A stretch of 58,934 bases of DNA from a virus (IMGVR_UViG_3300044643_000090:1-58934); one strand, 5' to 3'; shown: positions 19,121 through 27,775, counted from the stretch's first letter. Made by a program: numbers and translations. Notes: a model not told the origin generated them from the letters alone.

Positions 19121-21210
19121 TGCTGGCCCTCACCAGTATTGGCTGAAAATCCTTGCTCACCCGGAGTAGGGACAGAGCCAGTACCCATGTTACCTCCACC
19201 AGAGCCTGTCGTATCCTGAGCCTGAACCCCTGCAGGAGCGGCAGGAGGCTGTCCGGGTTGTTGCCCTTGCTCAGGAGCGGGAGGCTGAGTTGCTTGGAAG
19301 CTCTTGAGGATTTCAGCTTGGATGGCTGCACGTTGCATGGAGTTTGCAACCTTATCGGGATCAAGGTCCATAGACTTAGCAATCTCACGGACGATGTAAT
19401 CCATACGAGCAAACGGAGCGAGGACAGGGTTCTGAACAACACCAAGGAACTGCATCAGACGCTGCGAACGAACTTCATTGGCCATCAGAGATTCAGTACC
19501 AGCAGCCTTAACTTCCAAGTCACCCTTGATCTCAGGGTCAAAGTCAAACTGCATGTTGAAGCTGAACAGGGCTTTACCAAGAGGTGCAAGCAGATAGTCA
19601 TCAATGTTCTTAACCACAGTACGGATAGAACCGTTAGCGGCAGACATCAGCATAGAGATGCCAGAGGCTGTACGACCAACACCAGAGATACCCGTCTGAC
19701 CATGAGCAAACGACGGGAAGCCAGTGGATTCATCGGCCAATACTCTGGCTTTATCAAACATCTGCATGTTTTCGTTGGAGACGTTAGGAAACTTTGTGCC
19801 GAAGATAGCCTGACCCGGAGCGCCACCCTGACGCCGGAAGACTTTACCGGGGTACACACTCAGGTCTTGGCCCGGAACAAGGTTTGTCTCATCTACTTCA
19901 ATAATCAGGTTGCCACTCAGAGCAGCGTTGTCAACTGCCATACGCATGAACCCGTTCATTAGGGTCTGAGTGTCGTCCATATTCTCTGCAACACCAACGC
20001 CCCATATCGAATAGGGATTGATTTCGTAGGGGACAACATAGAAGGGGATAATTGTGGGTGTGAAGGGGTTCATCACAAGGCGGAGAACTCTGCCATTGCA
20101 AATCCAGATATTGACCGAGATTTGAGGCTTTTTCTTGAGTTCAGTAGGGATAGTTACGTTGTGGTTCTCAAGAATGTCTCTGTCCACATTGCCCCAGAAC
20201 TCCAGAACCTCATAACGCTCTGTGCTGGGCTGTTGAGCATCATCTTCCATGACCTGTTCCCACCACTCTTTGATGTAGTTGGGGCCAAACTTGATTGCAG
20301 TTTCAATCTCATTCTTACGGAAATAGGGACGAGTAGCAAGCTTACGGAGATCACTGCGAGACATCTTGTGACGCTCAATAGCAAACTCAGACTCTTCCAT
20401 GTTGTTGGCATCTGGGTCCGGGTAGAAGTTCCAGATGGACACGTTAGAGACCATAGGGACAGTCTTAATCACCGGATCGTAGTTGCCCGTATCATCCCAG
20501 CGAGGATACTCTTTATCGACTGCAAACGGACCCTTCATTACGCCAGTGCCAAACAAAGAACACTCAAAGGCAGTGGACCGCAGGTGCTTAGAGGCATGGG
20601 ACTCTTCAAGCTGGTCGTGGATTTTCTTTTCCATCTTCTTGGCTGCAATCATAGCAGGCTCAAAGGTAATCTGAGATGGAGTCATGCCGGGGCCGGGACG
20701 AATGTCTTCGATAGGCTCAAGCTCTTTCTTGAGTCCACCAAGACGCTCACGGTAGTCCTGCATAGTCTCGCCGGGAAGCAGAGGCTCAATACCAGCAGCC
20801 TGCTCTGCCTGCTTCACTTGGTCGTTAGTCTCAATGTGTACGGTATCTACCACACCCTCAGGGAGCGTAGTAGGATCAATAGTGATAGGAAACTTATTAC
20901 CACCGAAGAGCACCTCGGTCATCTGCCCAAAGGCAGCAAGCACTTTAGTTTTAGTAACTTTCACAAAAACTCTGGACTTCTCGGTGTCAGTAAATTTGAC
21001 ATCAGGGCCATACAAACCGCGATAATTGCGGTAGGCCATAATCCAACGCTGCTCCTCCGTCTCTCTTGCAGTCTCAGCCTTAGAGAAACGCTCTTCCACA
21101 TAGGAGACAATCGTACCTGCTTTTTTATCAGTGTTCGTGTCGCCAGAAGTATCCTCGACTGCAAGCATCTTAATGCTATCGGGGGAGATGTTGTCTTCTT
21201 CCATTCTCAT
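19117..21210 (-). CDS. Portal protein
   Basis: ~700 aa after terminase; YRNYRG, FGTGVMKGPF, WNFYPDP, WGVGVAENM.D.Q..MN. Confidence 0.9.
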   Translation of the reverse strand: MRMEEDNISPDSIKMLAVEDTSGDTNTDKKAGTIVSYVEERFSKAETARETEEQRWIMAYRNYRGLYGPDVKFTDTEKSRVFVKVTKTKVLAAFGQMTEVLFGGNKFPITIDPTTLPEGVVDTVHIETNDQVKQAEQAAGIEPLLPGETMQDYRERLGGLKKELEPIEDIRPGPGMTPSQITFEPAMIAAKKMEKKIHDQLEESHASKHLRSTAFECSLFGTGVMKGPFAVDKEYPRWDDTGNYDPVIKTVPMVSNVSIWNFYPDPDANNMEESEFAIERHKMSRSDLRKLATRPYFRKNEIETAIKFGPNYIKEWWEQVMEDDAQQPSTERYEVLEFWGNVDRDILENHNVTIPTELKKKPQISVNIWICNGRVLRLVMNPFTPTIIPFYVVPYEINPYSIWGVGVAENMDDTQTLMNGFMRMAVDNAALSGNLIIEVDETNLVPGQDLSVYPGKVFRRQGGAPGQAIFGTKFPNVSNENMQMFDKARVLADESTGFPSFAHGQTGISGVGRTASGISMLMSAANGSIRTVVKNIDDYLLAPLGKALFSFNMQFDFDPEIKGDLEVKAAGTESLMANEVRSQRLMQFLGVVQNPVLAPFARMDYIVREIAKSMDLDPDKVANSMQRAAIQAEILKSFQATQPPAPEQGQQPGQPPAAPAGVQAQDTTGSGGGNMGTGSVPTPGEQGFSANTGEGQQ

Positions 21211-21222
21211 TTCCAATTTGTG

Positions 21223-22806
21223 TTAGTAACCGAAGGTACTGTCAGCGATCTGAAAGCCAGTTCTGCCAGAGTTAGGGTCCAGATCGAATAGACCACTTCT
21301 TGGGCGAGTCATAACCCCATATCTCAGGGCATCGTACAGGTGATCTTCTGCCTTAGTGTCCACATCTTCTGGGTTAGTTTTATCTAGGGGAAGAGATGGC
21401 AGTTGAGAGATCAGGTTCTTACAAGTATTGAAGATAACCATTCTGGGTGCATCTGTGTAAGTATCGTGCTGCAAACGTCTGTGGATTTCGTTCTTACCTG
21501 CAATACGAGAACCTTTACTCCTGTCTGCAGGACGCCAGCGGCATCCCTTGAGGATCATGCGTTCAGCAATGCTAGGGCCAGTATCACCACGCTTGTGCCA
21601 GAGGGAGGAGTCAAGTACACCGTAGCGCATCTTTTCCCCAGACTCTTCTTCAAGAACTCTCTCTGCCAAATCTTCTGCAAGAACCTTGGAGACGTACAAC
21701 TCACGGTACACAATCAACTGCTCATCAGGAGCCACAGCAAACCAGAGAACACCAGTATAAGAACTGTAGCCGTAGTCAGCCGCACGAAACCTTGGCCAGC
21801 TAGTAGGGATTTCAAACGGGTCAATGACATGCAGTCTACGATTAAACTCTGGGAAAGCAGCACCCTCTGCAGTGTCCCAGTTACCTTCTAGAAGCTGCTT
21901 CCTCTGGTGCTCAGGGAGAGACAAGAGGTTGGCTTCGTACATACCATCGTCGGCCAAGTAGGGGTTATCGAAGAGGGTTGCAGGGATAAAACGTCTTTGT
22001 AGGAGAGGCTCACCCTCACGAGAATGACCCTTGGGCCACTGGAGGGTTTCACCTGTCTCCGGGTCGATAGCCCAGAAAGCTTTACCGGGAGGTGAGGGAT
22101 CAATGAAGGCTTTCTTAACCCAGTGATGTCCTGCCCCTCCGGGGTTGGTTGTAGCTCTCTGATACAGTTTTAGGCCGCTATCACGAGTTGTTCTGAGACG
22201 AGAACGCATGTAGTTCCAAGCGTAGGGACTAGACCACTGAGTAAGTTCGTCGAACCCAATCCAGTTATATGCTTGACCCTGATAGCGAGTAACGTCATCA
22301 TCTGCGTCTAGGTAGCTCATCCAGAGTGTTGCTCCAGACGGTGCTACCCAAGTCTTGTCTCTTTCTAAAAACTTAATCCCCGGAATGGCTCTGGGGTACA
22401 ACATCTTTGAAACAGAAACCAGTTCTCGAAGTTCTTCTGTAGACTTACGCACCAAGAGCATCTTGGCATGTTCGTTGTTCAGGTAGCGTACTGGGTCTGC
22501 CAACATGGCGTAAGACTTACCACCACCCGCTGCACCACCATAGAGAACCTCTTGCTCATCTGCAGACAAGAACTCTGTCTGAGGTCCGGGGTTGGGTTGG
22601 AAGATAACTTCCCTAGCCTTCTCAACATCAAACTTCGCTGGAATCGCTTGTGCGTAGGTTTTGCTCTCCGCTGGAACTACTACTACTGGTTCTGACTGCA
22701 CTTCCACCGATTTTTGCTTCAAGTCTTTCGGCTTTTTCGAGGGCCGCTTTGTATTTCTCGGCAAAGAAGCGTTGGTTTGCAGCGTCTGTCTTACGTTTGT
22801 ACTCAA
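21223..22806 (-). CDS. terL: Terminase large subunit (true start probably ~22700-22720)
   Basis: PNPGPQ, Walker A YGGAAGGGKS, Walker B IGFDELTQ, ATTNPGG, nuclease ADYG and EDHLYDALRY. Confidence 0.95.
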   Translation of the reverse strand: MSTNVRQTLQTNASLPRNTKRPSKKPKDLKQKSVEVQSEPVVVVPAESKTYAQAIPAKFDVEKAREVIFQPNPGPQTEFLSADEQEVLYGGAAGGGKSYAMLADPVRYLNNEHAKMLLVRKSTEELRELVSVSKMLYPRAIPGIKFLERDKTWVAPSGATLWMSYLDADDDVTRYQGQAYNWIGFDELTQWSSPYAWNYMRSRLRTTRDSGLKLYQRATTNPGGAGHHWVKKAFIDPSPPGKAFWAIDPETGETLQWPKGHSREGEPLLQRRFIPATLFDNPYLADDGMYEANLLSLPEHQRKQLLEGNWDTAEGAAFPEFNRRLHVIDPFEIPTSWPRFRAADYGYSSYTGVLWFAVAPDEQLIVYRELYVSKVLAEDLAERVLEEESGEKMRYGVLDSSLWHKRGDTGPSIAERMILKGCRWRPADRSKGSRIAGKNEIHRRLQHDTYTDAPRMVIFNTCKNLISQLPSLPLDKTNPEDVDTKAEDHLYDALRYGVMTRPRSGLFDLDPNSGRTGFQIADSTFGY

Positions 22807-23086
22807 GCTTAATCCTCTTGTAGAGACCTACGTGAGAGATGGGTCTACCACTCTGCTCACTCAACCAAGCTGCAACTGCTCTGTAGGAGTACTTCTTGAG
22901 GTGCTTCTTTGCTTGCTCAAGGAGTTCTAACTCTTCTGGAATGGGGAGCAGTACATCAGGGTCGTTGGGGTCTTCTTTGTACCCGAAGGGCATAATCCTG
23001 CCGCTTCTGACAACAGGCTTCCACTCAAAGTGGTCACCGTGGTCGATGGGTTTTGGGAGTTTCCATTCTGTTTTGATTTTTGGCAT
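22628..23086 (-). CDS. DNA-binding protein with recombinase-like PFGY motif
   Basis: PFGY...L.P.PEE...SYR.VA.WL......ISH.GL helix-turn-helix-like. Confidence 0.65.
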   Translation of the reverse strand: MPKIKTEWKLPKPIDHGDHFEWKPVVRSGRIMPFGYKEDPNDPDVLLPIPEELELLEQAKKHLKKYSYRAVAAWLSEQSGRPISHVGLYKRIKLEYKRKTDAANQRFFAEKYKAALEKAERLEAKIGGSAVRTSSSSSSGEQNLRTSDSSEV

Positions 23087-23092
23087 GAGTTA

Positions 23093-23121
23093 CTTATACT
23101 ATCAACGACACAAACTGTCAA
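23093..23121 (-). promoter_or_regulatory. Sigma70 promoter TTGACA-N17-TATAAG, 6 nt from ATG
   Basis: Near-consensus hexamers; no SD before ATG 23086. Confidence 0.7.
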
Positions 23122-23480
23122 TCACTTTTCTTAGAAGGGAGAATAAAGAGTGGGACATCAGACTCCACCTTGACTTCATCCTTGGCCTTGAAACCACCAC
23201 GATCAAGCAAGTCCTTAGCTGCAGCCATCTTCTCTTTGTTGCCGAGTGCAGTAGGGTCAACAATCACTTCGTACATGCTGTATGCAGCCTTCACACCAAC
23301 ACGGGTAATGAACTTCTTGGTGAGTTCTGCAATCTCATCCTCAATGGACTCAACGATGTGCTTGGTGGAGTATGTGTCGCTGTAGCCAGCCAGCTTCTTG
23401 GCCTTAACGTAGTCACCCCGAGCCTCTTCGAAGAGGACATCAAGGAACTTCTGCTGCATCTCGGTAAGCTGTTTAGTCAT
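23118..23480 (-). CDS. Terminase small subunit-like protein
   Basis: LTEMQQKFL...AKKLAGYS N-terminus, AAKDLLDR.G; upstream of terL. Confidence 0.65.
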   Translation of the reverse strand: MTKQLTEMQQKFLDVLFEEARGDYVKAKKLAGYSDTYSTKHIVESIEDEIAELTKKFITRVGVKAAYSMYEVIVDPTALGNKEKMAAAKDLLDRGGFKAKDEVKVESDVPLFILPSKKSD

Positions 23481-23863
23481 TTGCGGAACCTCGCTGTTTT
23501 CTTTGCAACACTTTCGGGCTGCTTGGAGAACTGCTTCCCTTTCTTGGTGTCTTCTCTTTTCTTCGCACTGGTACGGGCATACTCTTCTTTAGAAAGAGCT
23601 TCTCTGGCCTTCTTAGGCAGATACCGTTCCCCAGTAGCTTTTGGGCCTTGAGTAGAGGGTTTGCCAGACTTAGTGCCCCACTCTTCTTTTGTCCACTTGG
23701 TCAAAGATTTCTGGGATTCAGTCTTCTCTCCAGTGTAGCCACCACCCTTTTCTTTGTAGATTTTACCTGCCAGTTGCATGGCTCTTGCTGAGTGTTTGCC
23801 ACCCATCTTGGCCTTTGCCTGCGCCTTAGAGGCTTCCCAAAGCTTTTCGTTAGTCCTCGTCAT
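23477..23863 (-). CDS. Basic conserved hypothetical protein (DUF5872-like)
   Basis: SARAMQL....YK.KGGGY, SL.KW..E.W.TKSG, GERYLP. Confidence 0.7.
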   Translation of the reverse strand: MTRTNEKLWEASKAQAKAKMGGKHSARAMQLAGKIYKEKGGGYTGEKTESQKSLTKWTKEEWGTKSGKPSTQGPKATGERYLPKKAREALSKEEYARTSAKKREDTKKGKQFSKQPESVAKKTARFRK

Positions 23864-24213
23864 GACTGTGGCCTTGTAGTGTTGGCAGTAAAGAGTTCTT
23901 CTGCAGTGCAGAGTGCATCCACAACACCACTGGACCCCAAGACAATCTCTAGACGATCTTCAGGGTCCAGTACAATGTAGCTCTGAGAGAGTTGTATAAA
24001 CTCCCCTGTGCTCATATTCTTACCACCAATGATATAGTAGGTAGCATTGTCAGCTTTTCTGTACCACTTCAGTGAGACTGTGTTTGTACTGCCAGCATTG
24101 GTAAAGAAAACTAGGGGAATCTTTGACCTACAATTGAGCGGACAGCTATACAGGACATGAGTTCCTGCAGTTGTACACGCAATTAAGTGGGAGATCGCCC
24201 TAATTTCTGCCAT
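23860..24213 (-). CDS. Hypothetical beta-rich protein
   Basis: 117-aa ORF coupled to neighbours. Confidence 0.65.
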   Translation of the reverse strand: MAEIRAISHLIACTTAGTHVLYSCPLNCRSKIPLVFFTNAGSTNTVSLKWYRKADNATYYIIGGKNMSTGEFIQLSQSYIVLDPEDRLEIVLGSSGVVDALCTAEELFTANTTRPQS

Positions 24214-24317
24214 TACTTAGACTTCTTCTTGGCCATGCAGGAACCCATTGCCTTACACTTGGCTGGTGCAGGGCAAGACTTGCAGGGAGTGAATTTGGGT
24301 GCAGGTTTCTTAGCCAT
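24213..24317 (-). CDS. Tiny basic Cys4 peptide (MAKKPAPKFTPCKSCPAPAKCKAMGSCMAKKKSK)
   Basis: Hand-translated; fills gap with TAATG coupling. Confidence 0.6.
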   Translation of the reverse strand: MAKKPAPKFTPCKSCPAPAKCKAMGSCMAKKKSK

Positions 24318-24319
24318 GA

Positions 24320-24538
24320 TTATTTGCCTTTACCTTGAGCGGGTTTCATCGAAGCACCACAGTTGGCCATGCCGCCTTTAGCCATGCCCTTTTTGGTCAT
24401 GCCACCTTTGGCCATTTTACCAATGCCATCTGCAGCAAATGCGGGAACCTTCTTGCCATCTTTATTGACCATAGGCATTCCACCCTTGGCCATACCCTTT
24501 TTCATACCATTGCCGTCGCTTGACTTGCCGTACATCAT
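24320..24538 (-). CDS. Small basic protein made largely of MAKGG repeats
   Basis: 72 aa, three MAKGGM copies. Confidence 0.7.
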   Translation of the reverse strand: MMYGKSSDGNGMKKGMAKGGMPMVNKDGKKVPAFAADGIGKMAKGGMTKKGMAKGGMANCGASMKPAQGKGK

Positions 24539-24675
24539 TTCTTCTTACCCTTCTTGGTGACACCCTTAATGGTGCCCTTGTTCTCTGTGGCGTAGAAGAC
24601 TTGTTCACCCTTCTTCTTGCCGTATTCCTTGGCCATAGCAGCCTTGATCTTTTTACCCTTGGAGGTAAGAGGCAT
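24535..24675 (-). CDS. Small basic protein (MPLTSKGKKIKAAMAKEYGKKKGEQVFYA...)
   Basis: Hand-translated, 46 aa, coupled to next gene. Confidence 0.65.
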   Translation of the reverse strand: MPLTSKGKKIKAAMAKEYGKKKGEQVFYATENKGTIKGVTKKGKKK

Positions 24676-24677
24676 GA

Positions 24678-25196
24678 TTACGAACCATTACGTTCACGGA
24701 GGGTCATACCACGCTTTACTGCGCTACGATCCTTCTGCATTGCGAGTTCACCCTTGAGGCGCTTAAGCTTTGCACTGTCTTCAGGCTTCTTCTTGGCAGC
24801 AGTTCTTGCAGCAGTGGCAGCAGCATCCTTGGCTCTACGGTCAGCACGACGCTCAGCCTCAGTCATGCCCTTACGGGATTCTGCAACAGAAGCAGCCTTA
24901 GCACCGGGACGCACATCTACTCTGGCAGAGGCACTAGCACTGGCAGTAGCAGGCTTAGCAACAGCAGAAGTAGCTTTAAGAGCCTCCTTCATGGAAGCCT
25001 TCTTAGCCATTTCAGTCTTTGCTTTTACTTCACGAGCACTAGCTTCCACAGAGGCGGGACGAGCTTTGGGCTTAGGGGCAGCTTTCTTGCCCTCCTCTGC
25101 ATAGTCAGTCGTGTAAGATTTACCATTCCAAGTGAAGGTCTTACCTGCGCCAAGTTCTTTACGCGCCTTAGCAAACGCCTCTTTAAATGTTGCCAT
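24678..25196 (-). CDS. Basic Ala/Lys-rich protein with N-terminal FKEAFAKARKELGAGKTFTWNGKSYTT domain
   Basis: 172-aa ORF, AGGA RBS. Confidence 0.7.
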   Translation of the reverse strand: MATFKEAFAKARKELGAGKTFTWNGKSYTTDYAEEGKKAAPKPKARPASVEASAREVKAKTEMAKKASMKEALKATSAVAKPATASASASARVDVRPGAKAASVAESRKGMTEAERRADRRAKDAAATAARTAAKKKPEDSAKLKRLKGELAMQKDRSAVKRGMTLRERNGS

Positions 25197-25200
25197 AGTC

Positions 25201-25467
25201 TTAGTCCTTTGGGTTTTTCTTGGCTGCAGTCTTTGTTCTAGGGAAAGACCGATTGGCAGTCTTAGTGACTACACGAAGGTTTTTAGGTTTTCCGTTCTTA
25301 GGGTTTCCATCTTTGTGGTCGATGTCTTTACCATCCCCCTTAGACACTGTACCCTTCTTCTCCAAGTCATAACGAGCACGTTTACGAGCATTGTTACGCT
25401 CCCGCTGTTCGGGCTTCGCGTGATAGTTAGCATACTCTGACTTGTAATTTCTTGTTTTATCTACCAT
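25201..25467 (-). CDS. Small HNH-motif protein
   Basis: RNYK.EY, DIDHKDGNP.N....NLRV.....NRS. Confidence 0.7.
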   Translation of the reverse strand: MVDKTRNYKSEYANYHAKPEQRERNNARKRARYDLEKKGTVSKGDGKDIDHKDGNPKNGKPKNLRVVTKTANRSFPRTKTAAKKNPKD

Positions 25468-25751
25468 TTTTCTTTATCAGCCCAGTATGCAGCAGACATT
25501 TTGCCCTTTGCAATATTCTTGGCGTGTCTTGCCTTGAAGGAGGCCCTCTTTTTGGTCATTTTGTCACCCTCACCAGCCTTAGGAGCACCTGCAGTACTGG
25601 CACCCTGCTCACCAAACCTGATGGTTTTGACCTTATCACCCTCTTTTGCTACCACAATGTGTGATTTCTTAGGATGATCTGGGGTTCTCTTGGGCTTATT
25701 GAAGCCTGCAACACCTGCTCTGGCCAGTCTGGGGTCTTTTTCACTGGGCAT
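25461..25751 (-). CDS. Basic conserved hypothetical protein
   Basis: KSHIVVAKEG...K.IRFG.QG, RASFKARH, SAAYWA.KEKW. Confidence 0.7.
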   Translation of the reverse strand: MPSEKDPRLARAGVAGFNKPKRTPDHPKKSHIVVAKEGDKVKTIRFGEQGASTAGAPKAGEGDKMTKKRASFKARHAKNIAKGKMSAAYWADKEKW

Positions 25752-25993
25752 TATTCCCACTCTCTCTTACGATCTGGCTCAAAAACGTCACTCTTCCTCA
25801 GGTGACCCTCTAGGTACATGGCTCTCTCAATCCTGTCTAGGGAGTATCTTTCCCCAGTCCTCTGGAAGATGGCCTCACGAACGTAGAACACATCAGATCG
25901 GGGTATGTGAACCCTCTTAAGTCTACCTTCATCCTTGTCTGCAAGGGCATTGTAGAAGTTGGTGAGCACATCGTCGTCTGCGAAGTATTTCAT
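25751..25993 (-). CDS. Hypothetical protein, first gene of the late arm
   Basis: 80 aa, FY.AL.......HIPRSDVFYVR.A. Confidence 0.7.
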   Translation of the reverse strand: MKYFADDDVLTNFYNALADKDEGRLKRVHIPRSDVFYVREAIFQRTGERYSLDRIERAMYLEGHLRKSDVFEPDRKREWE

Positions 25994-25999
25994 TTGCTA

Positions 26000-26027
26000 G
26001 TTATATCCTTAGGCTTCTTGGAGTCAA
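26000..26027 (-). promoter_or_regulatory. Sigma70 promoter TTGACT-N16-TATAAC, 6 nt from ATG
   Basis: Hexamers seen; no SD before ATG 25993. Confidence 0.65.
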
Positions 26028-26084
26028 GCCTTATCTTGTACTTTCAAGGAGAAAGTTGTAGTTTGAGAGGAACGACAGAAAAAA

Positions 26085-26300
26085 TTACCTTAGGGTACTT
26101 GAAATTCTGTTTTTCCTTTCTACGTATATACTTTAAGAGATACATAAAGCTACTACCTTAAGCTATACCTTGTTTTTATATAATTACTTAAAGGTAATAA
26201 GTACTTAAGTATACCTTAAGGTACTCTTGAAGCTATCTCATCAGGCTTCATTATGAGATACATCAAGCTTCTTGAAGCTATACATCATGTATCTCTTAAT
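26085..26300. repeat. AT-rich block of CTTAAG/CTTGAAG iterations
   Basis: Multiple (TA)CTTAAG copies, TCTTGAAGCTA twice, TACCTTAAGGTA palindrome. Confidence 0.65.
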
Positions 26301-26302
26301 GT

Positions 26303-26330
26303 AATATACCGCCTTCCTGTCGTTTGTCAA
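26303..26330 (-). promoter_or_regulatory. Sigma70 promoter TTGACA-N16-TATATT
   Basis: Hexamers pointing into late arm. Confidence 0.55.
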
Positions 26331-27132
26331 GAGGTCTTCTCATCTTTTTCTAGAAATATTTATACCTCCCCAAGCTCTCTACCCCCAGAATCACCCCACT
26401 CGGGAGTAACACCACGAACATAGCTAAAAGAGCCTCATAGAGAGCCGCCAGATGGGCATCTCACCTTTTTCTAGGTCACCATAGCCAAGACAAGAGATCG
26501 CTCTGTAAGGGCCTTTCTAGAGCCTCTACAACTATCTCCCATTTTTGACCAACTGGTAAAGAAATACATGTTGTTAACCACTGAGGCTTTTTCTGGTTAA
26601 CAGAACTACAAAAATCCCCCCGCTGTCATTGTGGGTATACGTTATCAGGCACCCCCCCGGTGGCCCATGCCCGCCCCCCTCTGCCTGCTATGCCTAGGTA
26701 GGTAGGCGCATTATGCAAGGCGTGATGTATATCATGATGCCTAACATGTTGATTCCAAAAGGAATCCCAGAGAATGTAACTTTCCTGACTCTGCTAAAGC
26801 AGAAAGAAATTGGTCAGTATTTCTTACCAATCGGCAGACGGCAAAGAGGATGCACCCTAAGGGAACCTTAGACTTGCCGAAAAGACCAGCTGCCAAACCC
26901 TAGACTTTTTGTTGCCCGCGCTCAGGCATTATGCTCAGCCCCGCTCAGGAAAAGTTTCGCCGTCTTTACCCTTTAGGGTAACTCATTATCGGACCGTCCG
27001 AGGATAGATTTTCTCGACCCTATCCTACGGATAAAAAAGCCTTGACAACCCCGATTCGATCCGGTCCTTATAGAGAGGCCAAACAACGGCACTAATCGAA
27101 ACCGCCCTAAAGGGCTTGCTGGAGAAAACACC

Positions 27133-27717
27133 ATGTCGAATATTGCTAACGTAGTTATCGCCGCTGATGCCACCGTCAAGGTCGGCAAGAAATCCTTCAC
27201 CATTGCTGAAGCAATCAAACATGCTTCCGCCGTCTACGACACCATGTGGCTGATGCAAGAGCAGATGCTCGACCACTATCGTGAAATCGGAACGATTTTG
27301 CTGGGGCTTCAGGCTCTGTTTGCCGATAACCGTAAGGCCTTCGGCCAGTATCTTGCCGGGACCGATCTTGGTTCCATGTCCTTTCAGGACCGTTCTGATG
27401 CAATGTTCCTTGCGGCAAACTGGACTAAGGTCCAGAAACTGAACAAAGACGGTGCCCTTGACACCCTTGGTGTTTCGGCAATCCGGAAGCGTATCAAAGC
27501 TGCCGAAGGCAAAGCCTCGAACGGTGCCGGAAAGCGCAAGATGGACCAGAATGTTTCCCCTAAAGGGGAAGGTGAGGCTGCACCGAAGGCCGAAGCCAAA
27601 GCACCGAAGGTGCAGAATGAAACCGAATTGGCTGATCTTGTCTGGACCCTTATCGCAGATAATGGCTTGGATTTCGCCGCCTTCACCAAGGCACTGATGG
27701 CCAAGCGTAAAAAGTAA
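27133..27717 (+). CDS. First early protein (194 aa), possibly DNA-binding
   Basis: GGAG RBS, upstream TTGACA at 27042; EIG..L......FG.YL segment recalls DUF3102-like helices. Confidence 0.75.
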   Translation: MSNIANVVIAADATVKVGKKSFTIAEAIKHASAVYDTMWLMQEQMLDHYREIGTILLGLQALFADNRKAFGQYLAGTDLGSMSFQDRSDAMFLAANWTKVQKLNKDGALDTLGVSAIRKRIKAAEGKASNGAGKRKMDQNVSPKGEGEAAPKAEAKAPKVQNETELADLVWTLIADNGLDFAAFTKALMAKRKK

Positions 27718-27775
27718 CCCTTCGGGGTTACACCATCATCAAAGCACATTGAGAGGCCCCTTCGGGGGCCTTTTT
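27714..27775 (+). terminator. Tandem UUCG hairpins; second is an intrinsic terminator
   Basis: GTAACCC-TTCG-GGGTTAC and AGGCCCC-TTCG-GGGGCCT-TTTT. Confidence 0.85.

Noticed and set aside
12987-21291. 413-aa, 269-aa and 389-aa + strand ORFs opposite capsid and portal
   Set aside because: Antisense to well-conserved genes; compositionally unnatural
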